A stretch of 64,000 nucleotides of DNA from the NCBI GenBank assembly GCA_963808605.1, contig CAWEGQ010000009.1:472697-536696 (forward strand). Reading direction: 5' to 3'. Source of the DNA: an uncultured Solirubrobacterales bacterium (GTDB lineage: Bacteria; Actinomycetota; Thermoleophilia; Solirubrobacterales; Solirubrobacteraceae). A program made the position numbers and the translations under genes. The notes beneath the pieces are model-generated. The model did no database searches. It was not told the origin of the DNA and saw nothing but the letters and a program-made list of their open reading frames with translations. Below, one piece after another: positions 56,654 to 64,000 of this stretch (positions within the stretch are counted from its first letter, which is position 1; each line of letters begins with the position of its first letter).

Positions 56654-58399
56654 ATGCCTCTCTCGATGCACAGCTACCGACGCCACCCGTCGCTGATCGC
56701 CGCGCTGATCGTCCTCGCGGTCACCGCGGTTGCGTTGACGTTGGCGCGCCGGCCTCAGCAACTCGCGCTGCCCAAGGCCACCGCGGTCGCCGCGGTGTTG
56801 CGCGACGGTCCGGCCGCCCGCGACCTACGCCAATCCGGGTGGAACCACGTGTCGGTTGACATGCTCGACAGCCGGCTCGAGCGGGTCAGCTTCTACTTCC
56901 ACGGGCGAGTGGTGTTCGAGGGAGCGGTCGACCGTAGCGGGTCGGTCGCACACGCCTACGAGTTCGCGGGCCGAACGGTGCCCTACGGCAGCCCGCTCGC
57001 GTTCGAGCCGTCCGTGCTGATCGGCCTGGCCGTGCTGTTCGCGATGATGACGCTGGTGGTTCCGCTGAGGCGGATCCGGAACCTCGATGTGGCCGCCTTG
57101 CTGTCGTTCCTCGCGCCGGTCGTCCTTCTGCAGCAGCGCTACGTCGACGCATCGGTGATCTCGGCGGTTCCCGGGATGTCGTACCTGGCGCTGCGCTGCG
57201 CCTGGGCCGCGCTCGGCCCGCCACCTCAGCCGGCCGGCTCGACGCCGCTCTACCTGCAGCTGACCGCCAGATGGCAGGACGCCGAGCGCCTGCGGGTGCT
57301 TCGCCTGACCTTGGGCGCGCTCGCGCTGGTGTTCCTGCTGGTCGGCGTCAGCTCTCCCGGCGCGGTCGATGTCGCCTACGCGGTGATGGAGGGCGCGACG
57401 AAGCTACTGCACGGCGTTCTTCCCTACGGGCACATGCCGGGCGACGTCGTCCACGGTGACACCTATCCGATCCTCAGTTACCTGCTCTACACGCCCCTCG
57501 CCGCGATCTCGCCGGTCGGGTCGACCTGGGATTCGGTCGACCTCGCCCTGGGAGCGGCGGTCCTGGCCGCGCTGTCCGCGGCCGGGGCGGCGTTCTGCTT
57601 CGCCGCCGGTCCCCGCCGCCGTCGCGCCAAGCGCTCAGCCGCCGCGGAGGCCCACGGACTGCGGACGGCGATCGCCTGGCTGTCGTTCCCGCCCCTGCTG
57701 ATCGCCGTGTCGACCGGAACCTCGGACGTCATCCTCGGAGCGATGCTCGTGTTCGCGATCGTGCTCTGGCGGCGGCCCGCCGCCTCCACGGCGGTGCTGG
57801 CCGCGGCAGGCTGGTTCAAGCTCGCACCGTTCGCGCTCCTGCCGCTCTGGCTCGCGCCGCTCCGCGGCCGCCGGCTGGTGGCCGCCATCGCGGCGATCGC
57901 CGGCGTCTGCACCGCGATGCTGGCGGTGCTGGTCGGAGTCGGAGGCACGGGAGGGTTGGCGGCAATGGCGCGCGCGATGGGCTACCAGTTCCAGCGCGGC
58001 TCGCCGCAATCGCCCTGGGCGGCGCTGGGGCTCAGCGCCATCCAACCGCTCGGCCAGGCCGCCGTACTGGCGCTGATCGCCGGCGCCTGCGTGCGGCTGC
58101 GCAGGGATCCCGGTCTGGCCACGCCGGAGCGGATGGCCGCACTCGCCGCCGCCGTGCTGCTGGGGCTGCAGCTGGCGGCGGACTACTGGGCCTTCCTGTA
58201 CCTCGCCTGGATCGTCCCCTTGATCGCGCTGTCGGTGCTGGCCGACGCCGCACCGGTCGCCGCGGCGTACCGGGCCGCGCCGGAGCGCCACTCGTCCCGT
58301 GCGGATCTCGACCTGCTGACGCCGGCCGGTCAGGTCATCGCCACAGCGCCCGATTTGCTCTCAACATCGGGCCAGATCCCGCCGATACACGCCTCGTGA
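56654..58399 (+). CDS. Polytopic membrane protein, putative GT-C-fold glycosyltransferase (DUF2029/GT87-like)
   Basis: More than 12 TM helices; an extracytoplasmic loop with GVLPYGHMPGDVVHGDTYPILSYLLYTP resembles polyprenyl-phosphate-sugar-dependent transferases. Family call tentative. Confidence 0.6.
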   Translation: MPLSMHSYRRHPSLIAALIVLAVTAVALTLARRPQQLALPKATAVAAVLRDGPAARDLRQSGWNHVSVDMLDSRLERVSFYFHGRVVFEGAVDRSGSVAHAYEFAGRTVPYGSPLAFEPSVLIGLAVLFAMMTLVVPLRRIRNLDVAALLSFLAPVVLLQQRYVDASVISAVPGMSYLALRCAWAALGPPPQPAGSTPLYLQLTARWQDAERLRVLRLTLGALALVFLLVGVSSPGAVDVAYAVMEGATKLLHGVLPYGHMPGDVVHGDTYPILSYLLYTPLAAISPVGSTWDSVDLALGAAVLAALSAAGAAFCFAAGPRRRRAKRSAAAEAHGLRTAIAWLSFPPLLIAVSTGTSDVILGAMLVFAIVLWRRPAASTAVLAAAGWFKLAPFALLPLWLAPLRGRRLVAAIAAIAGVCTAMLAVLVGVGGTGGLAAMARAMGYQFQRGSPQSPWAALGLSAIQPLGQAAVLALIAGACVRLRRDPGLATPERMAALAAAVLLGLQLAADYWAFLYLAWIVPLIALSVLADAAPVAAAYRAAPERHSSRADLDLLTPAGQVIATAPDLLSTSGQIPPIHAS

Positions 58400-59691
58400 G
58401 CCAGATCGGACCGAGACGCATCGCGAGTCGCCTCGCCGGGCCCAAAGGCGCGCTGATCGCCTGTGCGTTGCCGGCGATCGCGATCGTGGCCTACATCGCG
58501 CTGAACTCAGGGACCAGTGGCGACTACTCCACCCAGGCCCCGGTCGCCGGAGACAACGCGGGGCCGGCGCTCGATGCGCTGATCCACGGCCATCTGACCA
58601 GCTTCGTGACCCACCAGCCGCTGATGGGCCTCAGCTCACTGCTTCTGCGCGCGCCGGTGGCCGGACTCGGCGTTCTGATGGGAGCCGACCGCGGGCTGGT
58701 CTACGGGCTCGGGGCACTGGTCTGCCTCCTGCCGCTGGCGCTGCTCAGCGCGTGGATGGTCGGCAGGTCCGGACCGCCGGAGCAACGAGTCGGCGCGATG
58801 TTCGCCGCCGGGATCCTGCTGATCGGCCCGGCCACCGTCGCCGCCGTCCATGTCGGCCATCCAGAGGAGGTACTGGCCGCGACGCTGGCCACCGGGGCGG
58901 TCGTGGCGGCGTGTCGCCACCGGCCGGGCTGGGCCTGGCCACTGCTCGGCCTGGCGGTCGGCACCAAGCAATGGGCACTGCTGGCCGCCCCCTGCGTGCT
59001 GCTGGCCCTGCCGGACCGCCGGGTGGTTACCGGGCTGAAGGCCGGTGCGCTCGCCCTCGCCCTCTCGGCGACGCTGCCGCTCGCCGATCCGGCCGCGTTC
59101 GCCCGCGCCGACTCCGTCGTCGGCGGACTGCGCTTCACCGATCCCTTCAGCCTCTGGTGGCCGCTGGGCACGCCGATTTCCGCCCCCGCCCACGCGAGCT
59201 TCCTGCCTACCGCGCATCTGCTGCCCTTCGCCCTCCCGCGATCGTCGGCCGCGGGGGCGGGGCTGATGCTCGCGCTCGCCGCGCTATGGCTGTACTGCTC
59301 CCGGAGAGCCGACCTGAAGACTCCGATCGACCCCCTTGCGCTGCTGGCGTTGCTGGGGCTGTTCCGCTGCATAACCGACCCGGATCCGCTGCAGTACAAC
59401 TTCGTTGCGCTCCTGATCCCGCTCGCGGCGTGGGAGGTCGTCGGGTTGCGCCGGCTCCCGCTCGCCACAACGGTGGCGGCCGGAGCGGTGGCAGCACTGG
59501 CCCGGGGGTCGGAAGCGCTGCACGCCGGCGCCGGGCTGCATCTGACCCCCAGCCTCCTGAGTGCCCTGTCGATTGCCTGGACGGTGCCGCTCGGCTTCTA
59601 TCTGGCCCGCCGGGTAGTTCACGCCCCGGCTCTGTTCGCATCAAGCCGGCTCGGGGCGATCGCCCTTGGTCCGGCGAGGAGGAGCGGATAG
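58396..59691 (+). CDS. Polytopic membrane protein, putative GT-C-fold glycosyltransferase
   Basis: GTGA overlap with the upstream gene; more than 10 TM helices. Family call tentative. Confidence 0.55.
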   Translation: MSQIGPRRIASRLAGPKGALIACALPAIAIVAYIALNSGTSGDYSTQAPVAGDNAGPALDALIHGHLTSFVTHQPLMGLSSLLLRAPVAGLGVLMGADRGLVYGLGALVCLLPLALLSAWMVGRSGPPEQRVGAMFAAGILLIGPATVAAVHVGHPEEVLAATLATGAVVAACRHRPGWAWPLLGLAVGTKQWALLAAPCVLLALPDRRVVTGLKAGALALALSATLPLADPAAFARADSVVGGLRFTDPFSLWWPLGTPISAPAHASFLPTAHLLPFALPRSSAAGAGLMLALAALWLYCSRRADLKTPIDPLALLALLGLFRCITDPDPLQYNFVALLIPLAAWEVVGLRRLPLATTVAAGAVAALARGSEALHAGAGLHLTPSLLSALSIAWTVPLGFYLARRVVHAPALFASSRLGAIALGPARRSG

Positions 59692-60450
59692 ATGCCCGTC
59701 GCCGGAATCGCCCTCGCCGCGCTCAGCGGACTGCTGTTCGGCTCGTTCTTCAACGTGGTCGCCTACCGCCTCCCCCTGGGGCAATCGCTCGCCGTCCCCG
59801 GCTCGCACTGCCCCAGCTGTGGGGTACCGGTCAAGCCCTATGACAACGTGCCGGTGCTCGGCTGGCTGTTGCTGCGGGGACGCTGTCGCGCCTGCCGGAT
59901 CCCAATTTCGGCGCGCTACCCGATCGTGGAGGCATTGACGGCGATCCTGGCGGTGGCGGTCGTGGTGGTCAAGCACTCCCCACGCGACATCGTGCTCGGG
60001 CTGGTGCTCGTCGCGGTGCTCGTGCCGACCGCGCTGATCGACCTCGACAACCGCATCATTCCCAACAAGATCATGCTTCCGGCCGCCATTCTGGCGGTGG
60101 CGATCGGTTTGGCGCTCGCACCGAGCCACGTCCCCGAGCAGCTGATCGCCGGCGCGGCGGCGGGCGGATTCCTGCTGTTGTTCGCGCTGGCCTACCCCCG
60201 CGGGATGGGGATGGGCGACGTCAAGCTCGCCGCAGTGCTCGGCCTGTTCCTCGGCCGGTCGGTGGCCGTGGCGATCCTCGGCGGGGTCCTCGCCGGGACC
60301 GTGATCGGACTCGGGATCATGGCCAAGGTGGGCGTGGAGAAAGGGCGAAAGACGGCCGTTCCGTTCGGCCCCTTCCTCGCGCTGGGCGGGATCGTCGGGC
60401 TGCTCCTCGGGCCGACGCTCGTCCACTGGTATCTGCACACCGCGGTCTGA
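59692..60450 (+). CDS. pilD: Prepilin peptidase / N-methyltransferase PilD (A24 family)
   Basis: Zinc-ribbon CPSCG...CRAC; aspartyl protease motifs LIDLDN and GMGMGDVKL. Confidence 0.9.
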   Translation: MPVAGIALAALSGLLFGSFFNVVAYRLPLGQSLAVPGSHCPSCGVPVKPYDNVPVLGWLLLRGRCRACRIPISARYPIVEALTAILAVAVVVVKHSPRDIVLGLVLVAVLVPTALIDLDNRIIPNKIMLPAAILAVAIGLALAPSHVPEQLIAGAAAGGFLLLFALAYPRGMGMGDVKLAAVLGLFLGRSVAVAILGGVLAGTVIGLGIMAKVGVEKGRKTAVPFGPFLALGGIVGLLLGPTLVHWYLHTAV

Positions 60451-60517
60451 GCGAACGGAACCGCGCGGCCGACGAGGCTGCGGCGCGACCCGCGCGCCAA
60501 CGACTAATCGAGCTCCG

Positions 60518-61798
60518 ATGTCAGCCACATCCGCATCCCTCTCCACCACCGCCGCGTCGGGAGCGGGGGATGCGGGTCGCCGATCGGCCGGCCACCGCGC
60601 GGCCGGGCTCGCTCGCTCGCATTACGCGTTACTCCTCGGCGCGTTTCTGGGCTCCCGCCTGTTGGTCCTCGCCGGCGGGCTCACCGGGTCGCTGACCACC
60701 GGGCGCCGCGCCGACTGGAGCATGTTCGATCCCGGCCGGATCACCGCGCACCTCGGCCCGATCGGCGACGCGTTGGCGGCCGTCGCCGTGCGCTGGGACT
60801 CGCTCCACTATCTGGCAATCGCTCGCCACGGATACTCGACGGTCGGCAACGCCGTCTTCTATCCGCTCTATCCGATTCTGCTCAGGGCGCTCGGCCTGAT
60901 CCTGGGCTCCGATGTGATCGCCGGTGTGGCGATCTCGTGCGCCTCGTTCATTGTCGCCCTCGAGCTCCTGCATCGTCTGACCGAGCTCGAGCTCGGCCGT
61001 GGAGCGGCTGACGCCGCCGTGCTGCTGCTGTGTTTCGCGCCGCTGTCGTTCTTCTTCTCGGCCGTCTACACCGAATCGGTGTTCTTGGCGTTGTCGCTCG
61101 GGGCGGTCTACGCTGCGCGACGCGAGCGGTGGGCGCTGGCCTGCGGCCTCGGCGCGCTCGCCACCCTGACCCGGGTGCCGGGCGTACTGCTCGCCGCCCC
61201 GATCGCCCTGCTCTTCTGGCGCGCCAACCGCAGGGCGCCGGATCGACGCCTCGCCTGGCTGCTGCTGATCCCGGCCGCTCTCGCCGCCTACCCCGCCTAC
61301 CTGGCGAGCCGTGGCTTCGGGCTGCTGGCACCCGTGACCCAGCAGGGCGCCGCTCAGCACGGGCACCGCTTCACCGGGCCGGTCAGCTCGATCGTGGCCG
61401 CGCTGCAGTCGGCCGCGTCGGGCTTGGGCGCAATCGCGGGCGGCACCGACCCGGTTTTCTCGCCCACGATCGGCGGACCGCTATCGCCCAGCGCGGAGAG
61501 CGTCCTCCTGCTCGCCGTCCTGTGCCTGGCCGGGTGGGCTCTGGTGGCTTGCTTTCGCCGGTTACCGCTCGCCTATTCCCTCTATGCCGCGCTCGCGCTG
61601 GTCGTGTGCGTATCCAGTCCGGTCTCGCGGCAGCCACTGATCTCCCTCGACCGGTACGCCCTGACCATCTTTCCCCTGTGGATGGCGGCGGGCGCGGCGC
61701 TCTCCCGGCGACGCCTGTTGTGGCCCGTTCTCGGGCTGATGGGGGCGCTGCTGGCGTTCTATTCCTTCCAGTTCGCGACGTGGGCATTTGTGGCCTGA
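60518..61798 (+). CDS. Polytopic membrane protein, PIG-V-like mannosyltransferase family (GT-C)
   Basis: VRWDSLHYLAIARHGYS...FYPLYPILL resembles the PIG-V/GPI-mannosyltransferase-2-type signature; ~10 TM helices. Confidence 0.65.
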   Translation: MSATSASLSTTAASGAGDAGRRSAGHRAAGLARSHYALLLGAFLGSRLLVLAGGLTGSLTTGRRADWSMFDPGRITAHLGPIGDALAAVAVRWDSLHYLAIARHGYSTVGNAVFYPLYPILLRALGLILGSDVIAGVAISCASFIVALELLHRLTELELGRGAADAAVLLLCFAPLSFFFSAVYTESVFLALSLGAVYAARRERWALACGLGALATLTRVPGVLLAAPIALLFWRANRRAPDRRLAWLLLIPAALAAYPAYLASRGFGLLAPVTQQGAAQHGHRFTGPVSSIVAALQSAASGLGAIAGGTDPVFSPTIGGPLSPSAESVLLLAVLCLAGWALVACFRRLPLAYSLYAALALVVCVSSPVSRQPLISLDRYALTIFPLWMAAGAALSRRRLLWPVLGLMGALLAFYSFQFATWAFVA

Positions 61799-61873
61799 TC
61801 GGGGCCGGACAGCGTCCAGATTCCTCTGGACGGGCTTAACCCGAACGTCTGTCCAGCCGATGAGTACCTAGCT

Positions 61874-62920
61874 ATGCGAACGACCGCAGGGAAATCGATC
61901 GTTGGGCTAGACATCGAGCCTGGTTACGTGGCCGCCGTAGAGGGACGCGGTGGCCGGGTCGCGGTCGAGCGGGCGGCGATGGCGCCGCTGTCTCCGGGCG
62001 TCGTCCGCGAGGGCGAGGTACTCGACGTCGACACGCTCGCCACGGTGCTCAGGGAGATGTTCGCCGAGCACAAGCTGTCCAAGCGGGTTCGGCTCGGTGT
62101 CGCCAACCAGCGCATCGTGATGCGGACGATCGATCTTCCGCCGCTCAAGGATGAGAAGCAGCTCGCATCGGCGATCCGCTTCCAGGCCCAGGAGCACATT
62201 CCCATGCCGCTGGATCAGGCCGTGCTCGAGCATCATTCGCTCGGTTTGGTGGAGACGCCCGACGGCACCCGCAGCCGCGTCGTCCTGGTCGCCGCCCGCC
62301 GCGACATGATCGACAGCCTGCTCGAGGCCACCCGCCGCGCGGGCCTGCGCCCACAGGGAATCGACCTGTCGGCCTTTGCGATGATCCGCGCTCTGTACCG
62401 CCCGGGAGCCGGCGACGCCACGCTGTACATGAGCGTGGGTGGAGTCACCAACCTGGCGGTCGCCGTCGGTACCACCTGCGTCTTCACCCGCGTCGTCGCC
62501 CACGGGACCGAATCGATGGCCAGCGAGCTGGCCGAGCGCCGCGCGCTCACGCTCGAGCACGCCCACGGTTGGCTGAAGCACGTCGGCTTGCTGATGCCGA
62601 TCGACGACATCGACGGCGACCGCGAGATCATCGTCGAGGCCCGCACCGTGCTCGGCGAAGGAATGCGGCGGATCGTCGACGATGTCCGCAACTCGCTCGA
62701 CTTCTACACGATGCAGACCGGCGCCACGGCCGTCGGGCGCGTCGTCCTGACGGGTCCGGCGGTGTCGATTCCCGGCTTTTCCGAGCAGCTCGACTCGGGT
62801 CTGCTGCTACCCCTCGAGGTCGGCATCGTGTCCGAGGCTCGTCCGGGCGCGTTCGGCAAGACCGATCCTGGGCATCTGGCCGTGGCGGCAGGGCTGACGC
62901 TCGAAGAGGTTGCGGCGTGA
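61874..62920 (+). CDS. pilM: Type IV pilus assembly protein PilM (actin-like ATPase fold)
   Basis: IVGLDIEPGYVAAVE, GIDLSAFA, VVLTGPAVSIPGF. Confidence 0.9.
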   Translation: MRTTAGKSIVGLDIEPGYVAAVEGRGGRVAVERAAMAPLSPGVVREGEVLDVDTLATVLREMFAEHKLSKRVRLGVANQRIVMRTIDLPPLKDEKQLASAIRFQAQEHIPMPLDQAVLEHHSLGLVETPDGTRSRVVLVAARRDMIDSLLEATRRAGLRPQGIDLSAFAMIRALYRPGAGDATLYMSVGGVTNLAVAVGTTCVFTRVVAHGTESMASELAERRALTLEHAHGWLKHVGLLMPIDDIDGDREIIVEARTVLGEGMRRIVDDVRNSLDFYTMQTGATAVGRVVLTGPAVSIPGFSEQLDSGLLLPLEVGIVSEARPGAFGKTDPGHLAVAAGLTLEEVAA

Positions 62921-63810
62921 AGGCAGTAAACCTGATCCCGGCTGACACTCGCCGGGGCGGAGGAGGACGACCGCGAGCGTCGTCGTTGAGTCCGGTCCAT
63001 GGCGTGCTCGGCCTGCTCGCCGTCGCCGTGCTGTTCATGACGGTCTACGTGCTGACCAACAACACGATCTCTCAGCGCAAGAGCCAGCTGGCCAGCCTGC
63101 AGGCGGAGGTCGCCCAGGCGAACGCCCAGGCCGCCCGGCTCACCAACTACACCCAATTTGCCACTCAGGCCCAGGCTCGGGCGGAAACCGTCAGGGAGAT
63201 TGCCGCGAGCCGCTTCGATTGGAAGGGCGCCCTCTCGGATCTCGCCAGGGTCGTCCCGGCCGACACCTCACTGCAGTCGCTGCTCGGGACCGCGGCGAGC
63301 GGGGCATCGGCCGGCGCCTCGAGCGGTGGCTCAGGCGCGACGACAGGTGCTCTGAGAGGCAGCGTCGCCGCCCCGGCGTTCGAGATCCGCGGGTGCACGT
63401 CCACGCAGGACGAGGTCGCGCAGCTGATGTCGCGCCTGCGACTCATCAACGGTGTCACGCGCGTCACGCTGTCCGACTCGCAGAAGAGCGACACGACGCA
63501 GCCCGGCACGCCGGTCAGCTCCGCCGGCGGCACCGGAGCGACGACCGGTTGCAAGCCGAACACGCCGACCTTCGATCTCGTCATCTTCTTCCAGCCGCTG
63601 CCGTCGGCGGGCCCCAGTGGCGTGGCCTCGGTGGCCTCGGTGCCGGTGGCCGGCGCGACGGGCGCCGCCGCGAGCACGACCATCCCGGCCGGCACGACCA
63701 CGACACCGGCGGCGAGTGCAGCGGCGACGACGCCTGCGGCCACTACGACGCCGGCCACGGCGCCGGCCGCGGCTCAACCCGTCAGCACGACGACCCCCAG
63801 CGGAGGCTGA
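62917..63810 (+). CDS. pilN: Type IV pilus assembly protein PilN with Ala/Thr/Pro-rich C-terminal tail
   Basis: GTGA overlap with pilM; VNLIP motif, single TM, coiled-coil region. Confidence 0.8.
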   Translation: MKAVNLIPADTRRGGGGRPRASSLSPVHGVLGLLAVAVLFMTVYVLTNNTISQRKSQLASLQAEVAQANAQAARLTNYTQFATQAQARAETVREIAASRFDWKGALSDLARVVPADTSLQSLLGTAASGASAGASSGGSGATTGALRGSVAAPAFEIRGCTSTQDEVAQLMSRLRLINGVTRVTLSDSQKSDTTQPGTPVSSAGGTGATTGCKPNTPTFDLVIFFQPLPSAGPSGVASVASVPVAGATGAAASTTIPAGTTTTPAASAAATTPAATTTPATAPAAAQPVSTTTPSGG

Positions 63811-63811
63811 G

Positions 63812-64000
63812 ATGACCGCTCGAGACCGCACCGTACTCGTCGTGGTGATCACCCTCGCCCTGGTGGTCGGATCGTGGCTGCTGGTGATCCAGCCCAAGCG
63901 CAGCCAGGCCTCGAAGCTCGGCACGCAGGTGAGCGCCGCCCAGAGCCAGCTTTCCGCGGCTCGCTCCCAGGTGGCGGCCGGCGACGGCGGCGCGCAGTTC
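63812..64000 (+). CDS. pilO: Type IV pilus assembly protein PilO-like (5-prime partial, runs off the window)
   Basis: MTARDRTVLVVVITLALVVGSWLLVIQPKRSQASKL: short cytoplasmic N-terminus, TM, coiled-coil; position after pilN. Confidence 0.65.
   Translation, partial: MTARDRTVLVVVITLALVVGSWLLVIQPKRSQASKLGTQVSAAQSQLSAARSQVAAGDGGAQF

Overview
This is a 64 kb window of very high-GC (about 70%), densely coding bacterial chromosome. Gene content and order suggest an Actinomycetota-like lineage, possibly Thermoleophilia or Rubrobacteria-like; that assignment is inference only.

Left half (1-37 kb), accessory in character:
- Regulators: LAL-type AAA+LuxR, ArsR-SRPBCC, MarR/GbsR-like, PadR, XRE-PBP.
- Tandem NmrA-like paralogs and a YceI protein.
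- A 4.2 kb cassette (ArsR-SRPBCC, DUF2182, DUF899, MFS) bracketed by two direct repeats that look like the 3-prime half of a tRNA-Met(CAT) gene.
- A VapC/Phd toxin-antitoxin pair.
- Three large PAS/GAF sensor proteins tied to c-di-GMP: GAF-GGDEF-EAL, PAS-GAF-LuxR and PAS-EAL.
- A DrrAB-like ABC exporter, modABC with its regulator, a P450, a catalase and an S53 peptidase.

Right half (37-64 kb):
- A conserved housekeeping array: MBL hydrolase, hisS, aspS, IscU-like::mnmA fusion, alaS, ruvX, mltG, aroE.
- This array is translationally fused to a type IV pilus locus: pilB, pilT, pilC, two pilin genes, pilD, pilM, pilN, pilO.

Most notable observations:
- Each of the two tandemly duplicated pilin genes is preceded by a sequence carrying the hallmark motifs of a class I c-di-GMP (GEMM-I) riboswitch. 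The two copies show pairing-preserving substitutions in the P2 stem.
- Three GT-C-like polytopic membrane proteins surround pilD and are candidates for pilin glycosylation.
- A zeta/ParD-like toxin-antitoxin pair sits inside the pilus locus.
- An AT-rich palindromic repeat element occurs at two convergent gene junctions.
- MnmA carries an N-terminal IscU-like domain that lacks the third scaffold cysteine.

No CRISPR array, rRNA, intact tRNA, transposase or integrase was seen. Start codons are often uncertain, because GTG/TTG starts and 4-nt overlaps are common. All family assignments rest on motifs read by eye, not on database searches.
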